Shown in pieces: positions 18,950-29,462 of a stretch of 64,000 nt of DNA. The position numbers and the translations under genes are program-made. The notes below the pieces were generated by a model. That model searched no databases. It was not told where the DNA came from and saw nothing but the letters and a program-made list of their open reading frames with translations. Positions within the stretch are counted from its first letter, which is position 1. The number at the start of each line of letters is the position of its first letter. Source of the stretch: an uncultured Bacteroidia bacterium (lineage in GTDB: Bacteria; Bacteroidota; Bacteroidia; Bacteroidales; Prolixibacteraceae). The stretch lies in contig CAIVCR010000060.1 in assembly GCA_903904515.1 (NCBI GenBank), forward strand, positions 30,008-94,007, given 5' to 3'.

Positions 18950-20164
18950 ATGAAACAACTCATTTTCATCCTCGTGATTTTTCTGGCAACTGCTGCCTGC
19001 ACCAGTCAACCTGAGATCGCTCAGTGGCGTGGCCCTAACCGTGACGGATGCTATCCCGGAAGTGACTTACTTAAGGTATGGCCCGGCGAAGGACCAAAAT
19101 TGCTTTGGACAAACGATAAGATTGGTGATGGTTATGGTTCTCCCGTTGTGACACACGATGCGCTGTTTGTTACTGGAGCTGTCGATAGTACTGCTTATCT
19201 CTTTTCGTTTGATCTCAAGGGAAACTTAAACTGGAAAGTCCCCTATGGTCCCGAATGGACGAATGGATTTCCCGGTACACGATCTGCCCCAACGGTGGTC
19301 GATAATCTTGTATATGTTTCATCCGGGAAAGGGGAGGTTGCCTGTCTGGACCGGAAGGATGGAAGGAAGATTTGGTCGCTCAATCTTTTTAGTGATCTTC
19401 ATGGAAAGAATACAATATTTGGATATTCAGAGGGGTTGCTCGTTAAGGATCAGATGGTTTATTGCTCGCCTGGTGGCGCTGATACAAATATTGTGGCGTT
19501 AAACCGGTTTTCGGGTGACCTGATCTGGAAATGTAAGGGGGTAGGACAACTCTCTGCATTCTGTTCGCCAAAAATGCTTCATCACGGGAAACACAATATC
19601 CTTCTTACCTTCTCGGAACTCTCGATGCTTGGCATTGACGCTGATAACGGGAAACTGCTATTTACGCATAAACAGGATACGGCTGGGAATGTCCATTCCA
19701 ATGCACCAATCTATCAAAACGGATACCTTTGGTACGTAGCAGGCGATGGAAACCGTACAGTCAAACTTAAGCTTTCAGACGATGGGGAGCAAATTTCCGA
19801 GGTTTGGCGCTCCCTTCCGTTTGATAATATCATGGGAGGAGTGGTACAGGTTGATCATCATCTGATTGCCACCGGACACCGTAAACAGGAACTTATGTCC
19901 ATGGATATGGAGAGTGGCAAGGTTACACAGGAACTTAAAATTGGCAGGGGTTCAACCATTTATGCTGATGAAATGATTTATCTCTATGATGAAAAAGGGA
20001 ATGTCCATCTTGTGGATCCAAGTGGCGGGCTCTTAAAGGAGGTGAGTAAATTTAAGATTACCCAGGGTACAAAAGAACATTTCGCCCATCCGGTAATCAG
20101 CAACGGCACCCTTTTTATCAGGCACGGAAAGAGTTTAATGGCGTATAATATCCGGCAGGCGTAG
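18950..20164 (+). CDS. PQQ-like (BamB-type) beta-propeller repeat lipoprotein
   Basis: Lipobox (LATAAC). Repeated G.V.A.D...G...W blade pattern. Confidence 0.7.
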   Translation: MKQLIFILVIFLATAACTSQPEIAQWRGPNRDGCYPGSDLLKVWPGEGPKLLWTNDKIGDGYGSPVVTHDALFVTGAVDSTAYLFSFDLKGNLNWKVPYGPEWTNGFPGTRSAPTVVDNLVYVSSGKGEVACLDRKDGRKIWSLNLFSDLHGKNTIFGYSEGLLVKDQMVYCSPGGADTNIVALNRFSGDLIWKCKGVGQLSAFCSPKMLHHGKHNILLTFSELSMLGIDADNGKLLFTHKQDTAGNVHSNAPIYQNGYLWYVAGDGNRTVKLKLSDDGEQISEVWRSLPFDNIMGGVVQVDHHLIATGHRKQELMSMDMESGKVTQELKIGRGSTIYADEMIYLYDEKGNVHLVDPSGGLLKEVSKFKITQGTKEHFAHPVISNGTLFIRHGKSLMAYNIRQA

Positions 20165-20252
20165 TAATGAGTTATGAGTTATAAGTGATGAGTGTGCCAC
20201 ATTTTCAAATTTTCAAATTGCCTTATTTTCAAATTGTCACATTATCAATCGA
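20165..20252. repeat. 7-8 bp periodic degenerate array filling a convergent intergenic gap
   Basis: atgagtt x4 (7-mers), then attttcaa/attttcaa/attgcctt/attttcaa/attgtcac/attatcaa. Spans exactly from stop 20164 to stop 20253. Confidence 0.8.
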
Positions 20253-20705
20253 CTACTTCATCCACTCAAATACGCGGTAATGCTCGCCGTTCATTCCGAG
20301 ACGTGCATATACCTCCATCGCTTTTTTATTCGATTCGTCGACATAAAGACGGATTCCGACCAATGAGTCGTTTGAAGCGACCAGCCTTTTGACATATGAA
20401 TAAAGTGCCGCATAGATCCCTCGTTGTCTGTAGGATGAATCGACATATACCGACTGGATCCAAAGTACTGTACCATTGCGCCAGTCGCTCCATTCATAGG
20501 TTGTGAGCAGTGATCCCACCACTTCGTTCTCTACAATTGCAACATAATACGCCCCAAGGGTGTCGTTAGTCAATACGGCACTTACCCCGTTCTGAACTGT
20601 AAAAAGGTCAAGATTATACTGTTCAGTTTCCAGTGCCATTGCGACCTGAAATCTGGCAATCGGATCGCGGTCGGAGTTTTCAGCTTTTCGGATATCAATT
20701 TGCAT
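20253..20705 (-). CDS. GNAT family N-acetyltransferase
   Basis: Acetyl-CoA motif VDSSYRQRGIYAALY. Start moved to MQIDIRKAENSD (20705), because the longer ORF runs into repeat DNA. Confidence 0.8.
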   Translation of the reverse strand: MQIDIRKAENSDRDPIARFQVAMALETEQYNLDLFTVQNGVSAVLTNDTLGAYYVAIVENEVVGSLLTTYEWSDWRNGTVLWIQSVYVDSSYRQRGIYAALYSYVKRLVASNDSLVGIRLYVDESNKKAMEVYARLGMNGEHYRVFEWMK

Positions 20706-20740
20706 CTTTCTGTTTTTTGTCAAAAATAATAAAAACGAAT

Positions 20741-20850
20741 TAGACAATTTGACAATATGATAATTTGACAATTTATTCTTGTCATAGATTATCACATTCC
20801 CTAATTGCCTAATTCCCTATTGCCTAAAAGCCTAATGCCTAACAGCCTAA
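20741..20850. repeat. Octamer-periodic degenerate array, about 14 units
   Basis: tagacaat/ttgacaat/atgataat/ttgacaat ... ttccctaa/ttgcctaa/ttccctat/tgcctaaa/agcctaat/gcctaaca. Abuts the stop at 20847. Confidence 0.8.
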
Positions 20851-22313
20851 AGACTCTCTCCGAAATCTTCGCGGAACTTCGCTACAAGTTTGTCAACCCA
20901 GTCGCCGATAGGTTTAAGTTTACCAACAAAGAAGCGAAGTACAGGTGGTTCTTCGATCCATTCAAGACCACCGATCAAATTACGGTTATCATAAAGCCAT
21001 TGAATACGGTCTTCGGCATATTTGATTTGCGACAAGGTGAACACCCTGCGTGGGAAGGCAAGCCTGAGTAATTCAACGTCTGCCAGGATGTCGTCACCAT
21101 TGGCATCGCGCACACTTGAAATGGTTCCACGCTCCATTCCTCTGATCCCTGAGGCAACATAGAGCGCAGCGGCAAGGGCTCCAGCAGGATACTGACCCTG
21201 TGGAACATGAGGGATAAACGCTTTGGCATCAAGGTGACATCCCAATCCTCCGGCCGGGGTAATTACCGGAATTCCCTTTGAATCCAGCGCATCAACGAGG
21301 TATTTAATGAAAGTTGGGGAATGACTGATCACATTGAAATCAAGGGTCTCCACCAAACCTACAGCCATCGCTTCGATCTCCCTGACACTCATCCCTCCGT
21401 AGGTAAGGAATCCTTCATAAAGTGGAACCCAGTCACGCATTTGCATGTAAACATCGTGGTTATTGGTGCAAATACCACCACCACGTGTACAACTAACCTT
21501 ACGTCCTGAAAAATAAGAGAAGTCGGTATAGCTCATCATCTCATGAAGAATATCCTTGATCGGTTTATTGGCATAACCCTCTTCACGGACTTTAATGAAA
21601 TAGAGGTTTTCGTTAATCAAACTGGTATCCATCAGCAAAAGAATCTTGTTTTCCTTGGCGATAGCTGATACCTCACGCAGATTTGCCATTGAAAATGGCT
21701 GACCACCAATGAGGTTCGTCCCTGCTTCAAAACGGATGTAAGCTACATTCTGAGCGCCCCATTTTGCGATTACCTTATTGAGTTTGCCAATATCCATATT
21801 CCCTTTGAACGGGAAATCACTCTTGATCTTGAGCGCCTCTTCAGTGTATATCTCTTCAACAATACCACCCATCATTTCGATATGAGCCTTTGTAGTGGTA
21901 AAATGATAATTCATCGGGATTACCTTCCCCGGTTTTACAAAAGTCTTGGAAATAATGTGCTCTGCCGCACGTCCCTGATGGACAGGGAGAAAATAGTTCT
22001 GATTAAAAACTTCATGGATGGCATTTTCGAGTTTGGTATAACTTGATGAGCCGGCATACGAATCGTCAGCCACGCTCATTGCTGCCACCTGATTGTCACT
22101 CATGGCATTAGTTCCCGAATCGGTAAGCATGTCCAGAAAAACATCCTTGTTTTGAAGCAGGAATGTGTTAAATCCTGCACCAAAGATTGACTCTTTGCGC
22201 TCTTCGATCGGTAAAAGGTTTAGCTTCTGAACTACCCGTACTTTGTGCATTTCAAGTGGCGTTGCATCACCGCTGTAAAACTTTACAGTCTTTAATTGTT
22301 CGAAATTCTCCAT
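20847..22313 (-). CDS. Beta-eliminating lyase family PLP enzyme (tryptophanase / tyrosine phenol-lyase-like)
   Basis: N-terminal FLDMLTDSGTNAMSDNQ, PLP-Lys region YFSGRKVSCTRGGGI, about 490 aa. Confidence 0.8.
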   Translation of the reverse strand: MENFEQLKTVKFYSGDATPLEMHKVRVVQKLNLLPIEERKESIFGAGFNTFLLQNKDVFLDMLTDSGTNAMSDNQVAAMSVADDSYAGSSSYTKLENAIHEVFNQNYFLPVHQGRAAEHIISKTFVKPGKVIPMNYHFTTTKAHIEMMGGIVEEIYTEEALKIKSDFPFKGNMDIGKLNKVIAKWGAQNVAYIRFEAGTNLIGGQPFSMANLREVSAIAKENKILLLMDTSLINENLYFIKVREEGYANKPIKDILHEMMSYTDFSYFSGRKVSCTRGGGICTNNHDVYMQMRDWVPLYEGFLTYGGMSVREIEAMAVGLVETLDFNVISHSPTFIKYLVDALDSKGIPVITPAGGLGCHLDAKAFIPHVPQGQYPAGALAAALYVASGIRGMERGTISSVRDANGDDILADVELLRLAFPRRVFTLSQIKYAEDRIQWLYDNRNLIGGLEWIEEPPVLRFFVGKLKPIGDWVDKLVAKFREDFGESL

Positions 22314-22634
22314 GATTGTTCTTAATTTTTCGTTATTCGTGATTAGAAATTGTAAATGATCCCTCGAGTTTAGTTTTGATGGTGCGAGTTTACAATTAAA
22401 TAATCTTTAATCATAAAATCTCGAAAGACTTTTGATTTGTAACCTATAATTTAGAATGACTATTAATTCGAAACCCAATTCGATGAAATCCATCAATAGT
22501 GTTTTATTTAGGAAAGTTGGGAAAGAACCTTGGGAGATTGAGTTTACACCATAGAAATAGATTTGCCGGATTAGTTAAATCTTATAAAATGTCAATCCGC
22601 CAGGATGTGGTTCAAAGAAAGCTTCTCCGGATGG

Positions 22635-23462
22635 TTAATTTGCGGCTAGGGTGAATTTTTGCTTAAAGGAGGCTTTTTCAAACAGCCCCCCCTGCTCTCC
22701 GGATCCAAAATCCCGGGAACGTCCGCCATGTGACATTCCCCCTCCGGACCTGCCTCTTCCCATCGATCTGCCATCTCCTGATCTGCCTCCAGATCTGTCC
22801 GAATAGCCTTCGTTGACACCACTATTCATCTGTGGCTTTTTCATCGCATTTACTGTGATATTCAGGGTGATAATTTCAGTAGGCTGAAATTTACCTCCGG
22901 TAAAAAATTCTTTTAGAGGGATTGCCATTTCATAAACAACATGCTGAAGGCTGTCTGCCCCAATTGCAAGATTAATCCCTTTGCGATCATTGAGCATGAG
23001 TTCATGCTGATCTGATTGAAAACCTCTCGCTTCTATTGCTGTGATCTGAGATTGATAGGTGCTAATCATCGGATTAGCTGTGATTTTCTTCGCGAATGGA
23101 TCTCTTTCGCCCCGATCTCCCATCCAGTTTATTTTTGTTGCAGGGAAAGCGAGGCTAGCCTTGAATCTGTTCTTTTTATCTTTTGAAGTAAGTTGAAGTG
23201 TCCAGCCTGCGCTCATGATTCTCCTCATTTTCCTCTCTTCAGGACAGGTAAGTACGAAATAGAGGGTATTCTGGTCGTTGCAAATTGCAAAGTTCATTCC
23301 TGTTTTATCGTCGTAAAAATTAAGGGGTTTAATCCATTCATTGGCAACCCCGTCAATGATTATCTCCTCCGTTCTCAATCTTGCGGATGAAACATCGCCC
23401 TGAGCCATGACCTGGCTTATAAAGGCCATAAAAACAACTAACACTAAACCGGACTTTTTCAT
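22635..23462 (-). CDS. Secreted hypothetical protein with CBM9/DOMON-like N-domain and Arg/Gly/Ser-rich tail
   Basis: Start chosen at MKKSGLVLVVFMAF (23462). EIIIDGVANEW motif. Tail is SDRSGGRSGDGRSMGRGRSGGGMSHGGRSRDFGSGEQGG. Confidence 0.5.
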   Translation of the reverse strand: MKKSGLVLVVFMAFISQVMAQGDVSSARLRTEEIIIDGVANEWIKPLNFYDDKTGMNFAICNDQNTLYFVLTCPEERKMRRIMSAGWTLQLTSKDKKNRFKASLAFPATKINWMGDRGERDPFAKKITANPMISTYQSQITAIEARGFQSDQHELMLNDRKGINLAIGADSLQHVVYEMAIPLKEFFTGGKFQPTEIITLNITVNAMKKPQMNSGVNEGYSDRSGGRSGDGRSMGRGRSGGGMSHGGRSRDFGSGEQGGLFEKASFKQKFTLAAN

Positions 23463-23680
23463 GGACCTTATTTTTTGAGAATTAATACAACCCATGTTTG
23501 ACATCCATTCGGAATTTTGGTTTAATCGTAGATGTAATTCCCGGTTAAAGGTTGATGTTGAATTTTTAAATGGATGAACCTACCTTTTTTCTTGTGACCA
23601 CTTATGATTCCGGTTTCTGCAAAAAAACCGGAACCGCACCCCTTCGTTAGCACAAGATGAGGTACGGTCCCGGTCAGGAA

Positions 23681-23820
23681 GAGGATGTATCAAAAGTCTT
23701 TTTACCGCAGAGATACGCAGAGAAGGAGCGAAGAGTCGCAAAGATAATCTACTTTATTTTAGCACTTTGCGGTTCTCTGTGATTCCCGGCGGTTAAATTT
23801 TCCACTTTTGATACAACCTC
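23681..23820. repeat. MITE-like palindromic element, TTTGCG-word family, copy M2
   Basis: TIRs GAGGATGTATCAAAAGT and ACTTTTGATACAACCTC. Interior CGCAGAG/CGCAAAG versus CTTTGCG/CTCTGTG words. Confidence 0.6.
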
Positions 23821-23838
23821 ATTTTATTTGCTCAGAGA

Positions 23839-24576
23839 CTAGAGTTCGCGAATTTTGATATTGCGGAACCAGATTGAATATCCGTGATCCTGCAGACCGA
23901 TAAAGCCCTCTTTGGCGATACCCTCTTGCCATCCCTTAAAATCTTTAAATTTACTCTTGGCAACCATGGCATCCCATTCAGGGGTCCATAAGGTATACTC
24001 AACGACTTTTTTGCCGTTCATGATATGGGTTGCATGACCATCTTTCACCTTGATAACTACTGTATTCCATGAAAGGGCAGGGTGTACTGTCTTAGGATCA
24101 CAAGGCAGGATATCATACAGTGAACCTGCAAGATGACTGTCTACCTTATTGTCTGAAGCATCTACGTTATCCAGCACCTGTACTTCAGGGGCTGCATAAT
24201 AAATTGGTTCCCCTTTTACTTCGCGTACATAATAGAAGATTCCTGAATTTCCGGCTTTCCCGGCCTTAAAGTCAATAGAGAGTTCAAAGTTTTTATATTT
24301 TTTTCCTGGGTAGAGGATATCACCATTCGAGCCCTGTCCCGGTTTTTTTCCTTCACCGGTAAATACCTGCATGGCGTCACCATCGATCTTCCAGTTAGCT
24401 GGCATTGCTGTCCCGTTGCACTGTCTCCATCCGTCAAAATTTTTGCCGTTAAAGAGGAGTTTCCAACCCTCTTTCTGCTCTTTTGGAGAAAGTTTGTTTG
24501 CCATTTGAGCAAATGTGGGAAGAGCAAATAAAAGAGCGGCTGTCAATGATAAAGTCAGAAAAATGTTTCTTTTCAT
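23839..24576 (-). CDS. DUF1080 (3-keto-disaccharide hydrolase-like) secreted protein, paralog 2
   Basis: GWKLLFNGKNFDGW, SGIFYY, GLQDHGYSIWFRNIKIREL. Start moved to MKRNIFLTLSL (24576), because the 24768 start would overlap tatA. Confidence 0.8.
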   Translation of the reverse strand: MKRNIFLTLSLTAALLFALPTFAQMANKLSPKEQKEGWKLLFNGKNFDGWRQCNGTAMPANWKIDGDAMQVFTGEGKKPGQGSNGDILYPGKKYKNFELSIDFKAGKAGNSGIFYYVREVKGEPIYYAAPEVQVLDNVDASDNKVDSHLAGSLYDILPCDPKTVHPALSWNTVVIKVKDGHATHIMNGKKVVEYTLWTPEWDAMVAKSKFKDFKGWQEGIAKEGFIGLQDHGYSIWFRNIKIREL

Positions 24577-24749
24577 GATTTGAATTTTTAACCCCTTGGG
24601 GTATAATGGATAAAAATTGAATTTGGAAATTTTGACTTCAAAGATAATGATTAAAGAAAATTCTGCAAATGAAAATATATTTGAATCTTTGTTAGACCCT
24701 GAATAAAACATTTGTAATTTTACGGCGAACCAATTTAAAAAAATACAAG

Positions 24750-24959
24750 ATGGACGCATTTGCACCATGGCATATCCTTGTCCTGTTAGGAGCCATACTC
24801 CTTCTCTTCGGAGGTTCCAAGATTCCGGAAATGATGGGCGGAATTGGCAAAGGGATGAAAGAGTTTAAAAAAGCGATTAAAGAGGAAGAGGAGCAACCTG
24901 TCGAGACTCCTAAACAGATCCCCAGCGCTTCGAATAAAAAGGAGCCAATGAAGGAGTAG
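24750..24959 (+). CDS. tatA: Twin-arginine translocase TatA/TatE family subunit
   Basis: [35 protein letters not shown] followed by an acidic tail. Confidence 0.85.
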   Translation: MDAFAPWHILVLLGAILLLFGGSKIPEMMGGIGKGMKEFKKAIKEEEEQPVETPKQIPSASNKKEPMKE

Positions 24960-24982
24960 TCTCTACTTTCCCTTTTTCAAAA

Positions 24983-25019
24983 AGCCTTGAACAGTGATCT
25001 GTTCAGGGCTTTTTGTTTT
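24983..25019 (+). terminator. Rho-independent terminator of tatA
   Basis: 12-bp stem AGCCTTGAACAG / CTGTTCAGGGCT, loop TGAT, then TTTTGTTTT. Confidence 0.7.
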
Positions 25020-25070
25020 GCCTCGATTTTAAGATGATGTCAATAACTGCTAAAACAATTCCTGTTCCGA

Positions 25071-25253
25071 TTAATCCATAACCGAAAATCCTTTTTTCTC
25101 CAAAACATATCCCTGCCGCACAAAGCCGAATGAAATTGCAGCTAATGGGGACAATTTTTTGCGATCACTTTTACCGGAGATTAATGCTGAAAGTAAGGCG
25201 ATGATCGCCAGCAAGATAATTCCAATCGCCATATAGATTCTTGAAGGTTCCAT
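25071..25253 (-). CDS. Small membrane protein (hypothetical)
   Basis: 60 aa with one clear TM (IGIILLAIIALLSALI). No homology recognised. Confidence 0.3.
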   Translation of the reverse strand: MEPSRIYMAIGIILLAIIALLSALISGKSDRKKLSPLAAISFGFVRQGYVLEKKGFSVMD

Positions 25254-25486
25254 AATTTATGGGTATAATGTGAACTCAATTTATATCCCTGAAGTGATCT
25301 CTCCACCGAATATACGAAATATTTATCAAACTTACTGCGCAATTCGCGGGAAGATCCTGAATGGAAGATTCGGTTTCCAGGTTGCGGTGAAATTGGTCGT
25401 TATCTATTGAAATAAAGCTGTTTATATTGAAATGTAAAGCCTATGCCGCTTCCTCTGGCTGCCGGATCAAATTGAAAAATTTTAAA

Positions 25487-25494
25487 TATCTTTG
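25487..25494 (+). promoter_or_regulatory. Candidate -7 box (TATCTTTG) for lepA
   Basis: TAnnTTTG match about 60 nt upstream of the ATG at 25555. Confidence 0.25.
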
Positions 25495-25554
25495 TACACG
25501 ATTTGAAAAAAAAGTATTTAATAAGTATATCAAGGATATAAGGATTTTTTGAAC

Positions 25555-27342
25555 ATGAAGAACATCAGGAACTTTTGCATAATAGCCCACATTGATCACG
25601 GGAAAAGTACGCTTGCCGACCGTCTTTTGGAGATTACTCAGACCGTTAGCGGGCGCGATATGCAGGCACAGGTGCTTGATGATATGGAGCTTGAGAAGGA
25701 GCGGGGGATAACCATAAAAAGTCATGCAATACAAATGGAGTATACGCAGGATGGGGAGAAATACCGCCTTAACCTGATTGACACACCCGGGCATGTCGAT
25801 TTTTCGTATGAAGTGTCCCGTTCAATTGCAGCCTGCGAAGGTGCATTACTGATCATCGATGCCACGCAGGGGATTCAGGCACAGACCATCTCAAATCTTT
25901 ACCTTGCAATTGAGCACGACCTTGAAATTATCCCGATTCTCAATAAGATGGATCTGCCCAATGCTAATCCGGAAGTTGTAGAAGATCAGATTATCGAATT
26001 AATAGGCTGTAAGCGCGATACCATTATAAGGGCATCAGGAAAGACCGGTGAAGGGGTTGAAGAGATCCTGAGAAGAATTATATCAGATATCCCATCACCC
26101 GCAGGCGATCCCGATGCACCACTTCAGGGATTGATTTTCGATTCTGTTTACAACCAGTTTCGTGGCGTGGTTGCCTACGTGAAAGTTGTGAACGGGACAG
26201 TTCGTAAAGGGGATGTTGTCAAATTCGTTGCAACGGAGAAGACCTATAATGTGGATGAGGTAGGGGTTCTGAAGTTGGCCCTTGATCCGCGTGAAACCTT
26301 AAGTGCCGGAGATGTTGGTTATATCATTTCAAACATTAAGACAGCCCGTGAAATCAGGGTCGGTGATACGGTAACCAATGTAAAACAGCCTTGTTCCAAT
26401 GTTATTTCGGGGTTTGAAGAGGTGAAACCGATGGTTTTTGCCGGGGTATATCCAATCGATAGTGAGGATTATGAAGATCTTAGAGCCTCTATGGAGAAGC
26501 TCCAGCTTAACGATGCCTCGCTCACCTATACCCTTGAATCATCTGCCGCACTTGGATTTGGCTTCCGTTGCGGATTCCTTGGATTGCTCCATATGGAGAT
26601 CATCCAGGAGAGGCTGGACCGCGAATTTGATATGAACGTGATTACTACAGTTCCTAACGTGTCGTATATGATTCATACGCGGGCCGGTGAGAGCTATGAA
26701 GTTTATAATCCTGCCGGAATGCCTGATGGTTCACTGATTGAGCTTATTGAAGAACCGTATATTAAAGCGCAGATCATTACCCGTTCGGAATATATCGGGG
26801 CAATTATGACCCTTTGTCTCGATAAACGAGGTATGCTCACCAAACAGGAATACCTTACTGCCGAAAGGGCGGAGCTTACCTTTGATCTCCCTCTTGGTGA
26901 GATCGTATTTGACTTTTACGATAAGCTGAAGAGCATCTCAAAAGGATATGCCTCCTTTGATTATCATATAACCGGTTACCGTCCGGCTAAGCTGGCCAAG
27001 CTCGACATCCTGCTGAACAGCGAACCTGTTGATGCCCTTTCTACCTTGATCCATGCCGATAATGCATACAATTTCGGCCGCAGGATGTGCGAAAAGCTGA
27101 AAGAGCTTATTCCGCGCCAGCAGTACGATGTCGCTATTCAGGCTGCAATCGGGGCCAAAATCATTGCCCGTGAAACGATTAAGGCTGTCCGTAAGGATGT
27201 TACTGCCAAATGTTATGGTGGTGATATCAGCCGTAAACGGAAACTTCTCGATAAGCAGAAGAAAGGGAAGAAAAAGATGAAACAGATCGGGAATGTTGAG
27301 GTTCCGCAAAAAGCCTTCCTGGCGGTGTTGAAACTGGATTAA
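25555..27342 (+). CDS. lepA: Translation elongation factor 4
   Basis: [37 protein letters not shown], and C-terminal LepA domain. ATG at 25555 preferred over the TTG at 25549. Confidence 0.97.
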   Translation: MKNIRNFCIIAHIDHGKSTLADRLLEITQTVSGRDMQAQVLDDMELEKERGITIKSHAIQMEYTQDGEKYRLNLIDTPGHVDFSYEVSRSIAACEGALLIIDATQGIQAQTISNLYLAIEHDLEIIPILNKMDLPNANPEVVEDQIIELIGCKRDTIIRASGKTGEGVEEILRRIISDIPSPAGDPDAPLQGLIFDSVYNQFRGVVAYVKVVNGTVRKGDVVKFVATEKTYNVDEVGVLKLALDPRETLSAGDVGYIISNIKTAREIRVGDTVTNVKQPCSNVISGFEEVKPMVFAGVYPIDSEDYEDLRASMEKLQLNDASLTYTLESSAALGFGFRCGFLGLLHMEIIQERLDREFDMNVITTVPNVSYMIHTRAGESYEVYNPAGMPDGSLIELIEEPYIKAQIITRSEYIGAIMTLCLDKRGMLTKQEYLTAERAELTFDLPLGEIVFDFYDKLKSISKGYASFDYHITGYRPAKLAKLDILLNSEPVDALSTLIHADNAYNFGRRMCEKLKELIPRQQYDVAIQAAIGAKIIARETIKAVRKDVTAKCYGGDISRKRKLLDKQKKGKKKMKQIGNVEVPQKAFLAVLKLD

Positions 27343-27419
27343 ATCAAATAACCTAGAAATAACATTACATTAACGATTATCAGCACCTTCCATCCTATCT
27401 TTGCTTCAAATATTAAAGG

Positions 27420-28184
27420 ATGTTTGTTGATACCCATTCCCATATCTATTCCGAAGAGTTCAGTTCCGACAGGGATGAAGTGATCGCGCGGGGATTAATG
27501 GCAGGGGTCAAGAAAATCATACTCCCCAATATCGACAGCTCCAGCATAAAACCTTTACTTGACCTTGCCAGTTCAAGGCCGGAACTTTTCATCCCTCTTT
27601 TAGGGTTGCATCCAACATCGGTGAAGGAAGATTTTCGCAAGGAACTGGAAATCATGGAATACTGGCTGAACAAAAGGAAGTTCACGGGAATCGGAGAAAT
27701 AGGGATTGACCTTTACTGGGATAAAACCTTTATCAATGAGCAAATAGAGGCTTTTCGCATTCAAATCGGATGGGCAAAAAAGGCGGGTATCCCTGTTGTA
27801 ATCCACCTGAGAGATTCTTTCGACGAGGTTATTGAGGTCATTGAACAAGAGAAAGACGAATCACTGAGGGGGGTCTTTCATAGTTTTGGAGGGACTGTTG
27901 AACAGGCAGCTCAAATTATTGATCTTGGATTTAAAATTGGTATCGGCGGTGTTGTTACCTTCAAGAATTCAGGGCTGGACAATGTTGTTCCTCAGATTAA
28001 CCTTCAACATATTATACTCGAAACCGATTCACCCTGGCTTGCACCTGTTCCCCACAGGGGTAAACGGAACGAATCGGCCTATATATCCATCGTTGCTGCT
28101 AAAGTGGCATCCTTGCACCAAATCTCTGTCGAAGAGGTGGGCCGGATTACCACCCAAAATGCCAAACAATTATTTGGGTTTTAG
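27420..28184 (+). CDS. tatD: TatD family metal-dependent hydrolase
   Basis: MFVDTHSHIY, GEIGIDLYW, VVIHLRDS, HSFGG, ETDSPWLAP. Confidence 0.9.
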   Translation: MFVDTHSHIYSEEFSSDRDEVIARGLMAGVKKIILPNIDSSSIKPLLDLASSRPELFIPLLGLHPTSVKEDFRKELEIMEYWLNKRKFTGIGEIGIDLYWDKTFINEQIEAFRIQIGWAKKAGIPVVIHLRDSFDEVIEVIEQEKDESLRGVFHSFGGTVEQAAQIIDLGFKIGIGGVVTFKNSGLDNVVPQINLQHIILETDSPWLAPVPHRGKRNESAYISIVAAKVASLHQISVEEVGRITTQNAKQLFGF

Positions 28185-28250
28185 CCGATTAATTCGAGAC
28201 GGTTTGGTACATTTGTAGCAACTTATTTTAATCTTAAAAGCAGGGGGCAG

Positions 28251-28306
28251 CTGGCTTCTGGCAACTGGCTTCTGGCAACTGGCGGCTTGCAGCTTGCGAT
28301 TGGCTC
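28251..28306. repeat. Degenerate 14-bp tandem repeat x4
   Basis: ctggcttctggcaa x2, then ctggcggcttgcag and cttgcgattggctc. Confidence 0.7.
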
Positions 28307-28348
28307 ATTTTTCGCAAAAAAAACCACGCTAAGGCGCTAATAAATAAA

Positions 28349-28376
28349 GCTTTGCGACTTTGCGTCTTTGCGTGAT
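28349..28376. repeat. TTTGCG-word half element
   Basis: GCTTTGCGACTTTGCGTCTTTGCGTGAT, sibling of 17014-17041. Confidence 0.6.
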
Positions 28377-28418
28377 ATAAAAAATTACATGTCAGATCGT
28401 TACTATACCTATAACTAA

Positions 28419-29462
28419 ATGGTGACCATGGGAACAGAGAAGCAATCAATCCTAATTATTTATACCGGTGGGACAATAGGAATGCGTGAAGATCCGATGA
28501 CCCATACGCTCTCGCCCATGAATTTTGAGATGCTTCAGGTGGAGATTCCGGAACTCCATAAACTGGGATTTCATATCGAATCGGTGACCTTTAATCCCCC
28601 GATCGATTCGGCCAATATGACTCCGGCAATCTGGATTGAGCTGGCCACAACCATCAAGGCGAATTATTCCAGATACGACGGATTCGTTATTCTGCACGGA
28701 ACCGATACCATGGCCTACACCGCCTCGGCGCTGAGTTATATGCTCGAAAATCTCGATAAACCGGTTATTATGACCGGTTCACAGCTTCCGATCGGAATCC
28801 TGCGCACCGACGGGAAAGAGAATATCATTACCGCCATACAGATTGCCGCTGCTCAAAAAGATGGGAAAGCGATTGTACCCGAAGTGTGCATCTATTTCAG
28901 CTCCCACCTCTTTAGGGGTAACCGCACGACCAAAGAGGATTCGCAGCAGTTCGCCGCATTCATGTCACACCATTACCCCAAACTTGCCGTGGCAGGTGTG
29001 GATATCAAATACAATTACGAAAAGATAAACTATTCAGGAAGTAAAGGGATTCTTAGTATTAACACATCAATTGATGACAACGTGATCGTTTTGAAGATCT
29101 TCCCAGGTATTAACCGCAGGTATTTCGAGGCGATCCTTGCACTGCCTGGACTGAAGGGGATCATCCTGGAATCGTACGGCTCAGGCAATATGCCAACCTT
29201 TCCGTGGATCTTTGAGGCAATCAGGGAGGCAACCCTTGCAGGGGTAGTATTTATGAACGTGAGTCAATGTCCCGGTGGAAGGGTGAAGATGGGGTATTAT
29301 GAAACCAGCCGCGAACTCCAGGAGGCCGGCGTGGTTAGCGGAAAGGATATAACAGTGGAGGCTGCGGTAACCAAGATGATGTTCCTGCTGGGGCAGCAAC
29401 TCAGTGTTTCGGAAGTTAAAGCATATTTGTCGCAAAACCTTAGCGGGGAGTTGGAGAACTAA
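28419..29462 (+). CDS. ansA: Type I (cytoplasmic) L-asparaginase
   Basis: ILIIYTGGTIGM, HGTDTMAYTASAL, and GSGN in the C-domain. Confidence 0.9.
   Translation: MVTMGTEKQSILIIYTGGTIGMREDPMTHTLSPMNFEMLQVEIPELHKLGFHIESVTFNPPIDSANMTPAIWIELATTIKANYSRYDGFVILHGTDTMAYTASALSYMLENLDKPVIMTGSQLPIGILRTDGKENIITAIQIAAAQKDGKAIVPEVCIYFSSHLFRGNRTTKEDSQQFAAFMSHHYPKLAVAGVDIKYNYEKINYSGSKGILSINTSIDDNVIVLKIFPGINRRYFEAILALPGLKGIILESYGSGNMPTFPWIFEAIREATLAGVVFMNVSQCPGGRVKMGYYETSRELQEAGVVSGKDITVEAAVTKMMFLLGQQLSVSEVKAYLSQNLSGELEN

Noticed and set aside
16880-20850. Possibility that the short tandem arrays are CRISPR arrays.
   Set aside because: Units are only 7-8 bp (or 14 bp), contiguous and degenerate, with no spacers. 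No cas genes lie in the window.
24577-24768. Longer start for the second DUF1080 gene (24768).
   Set aside because: The extension is hydrophobic nonsense that overlaps the tatA start. The internal ATG at 24576 gives a normal signal peptide that aligns with the paralog at 430-1245.
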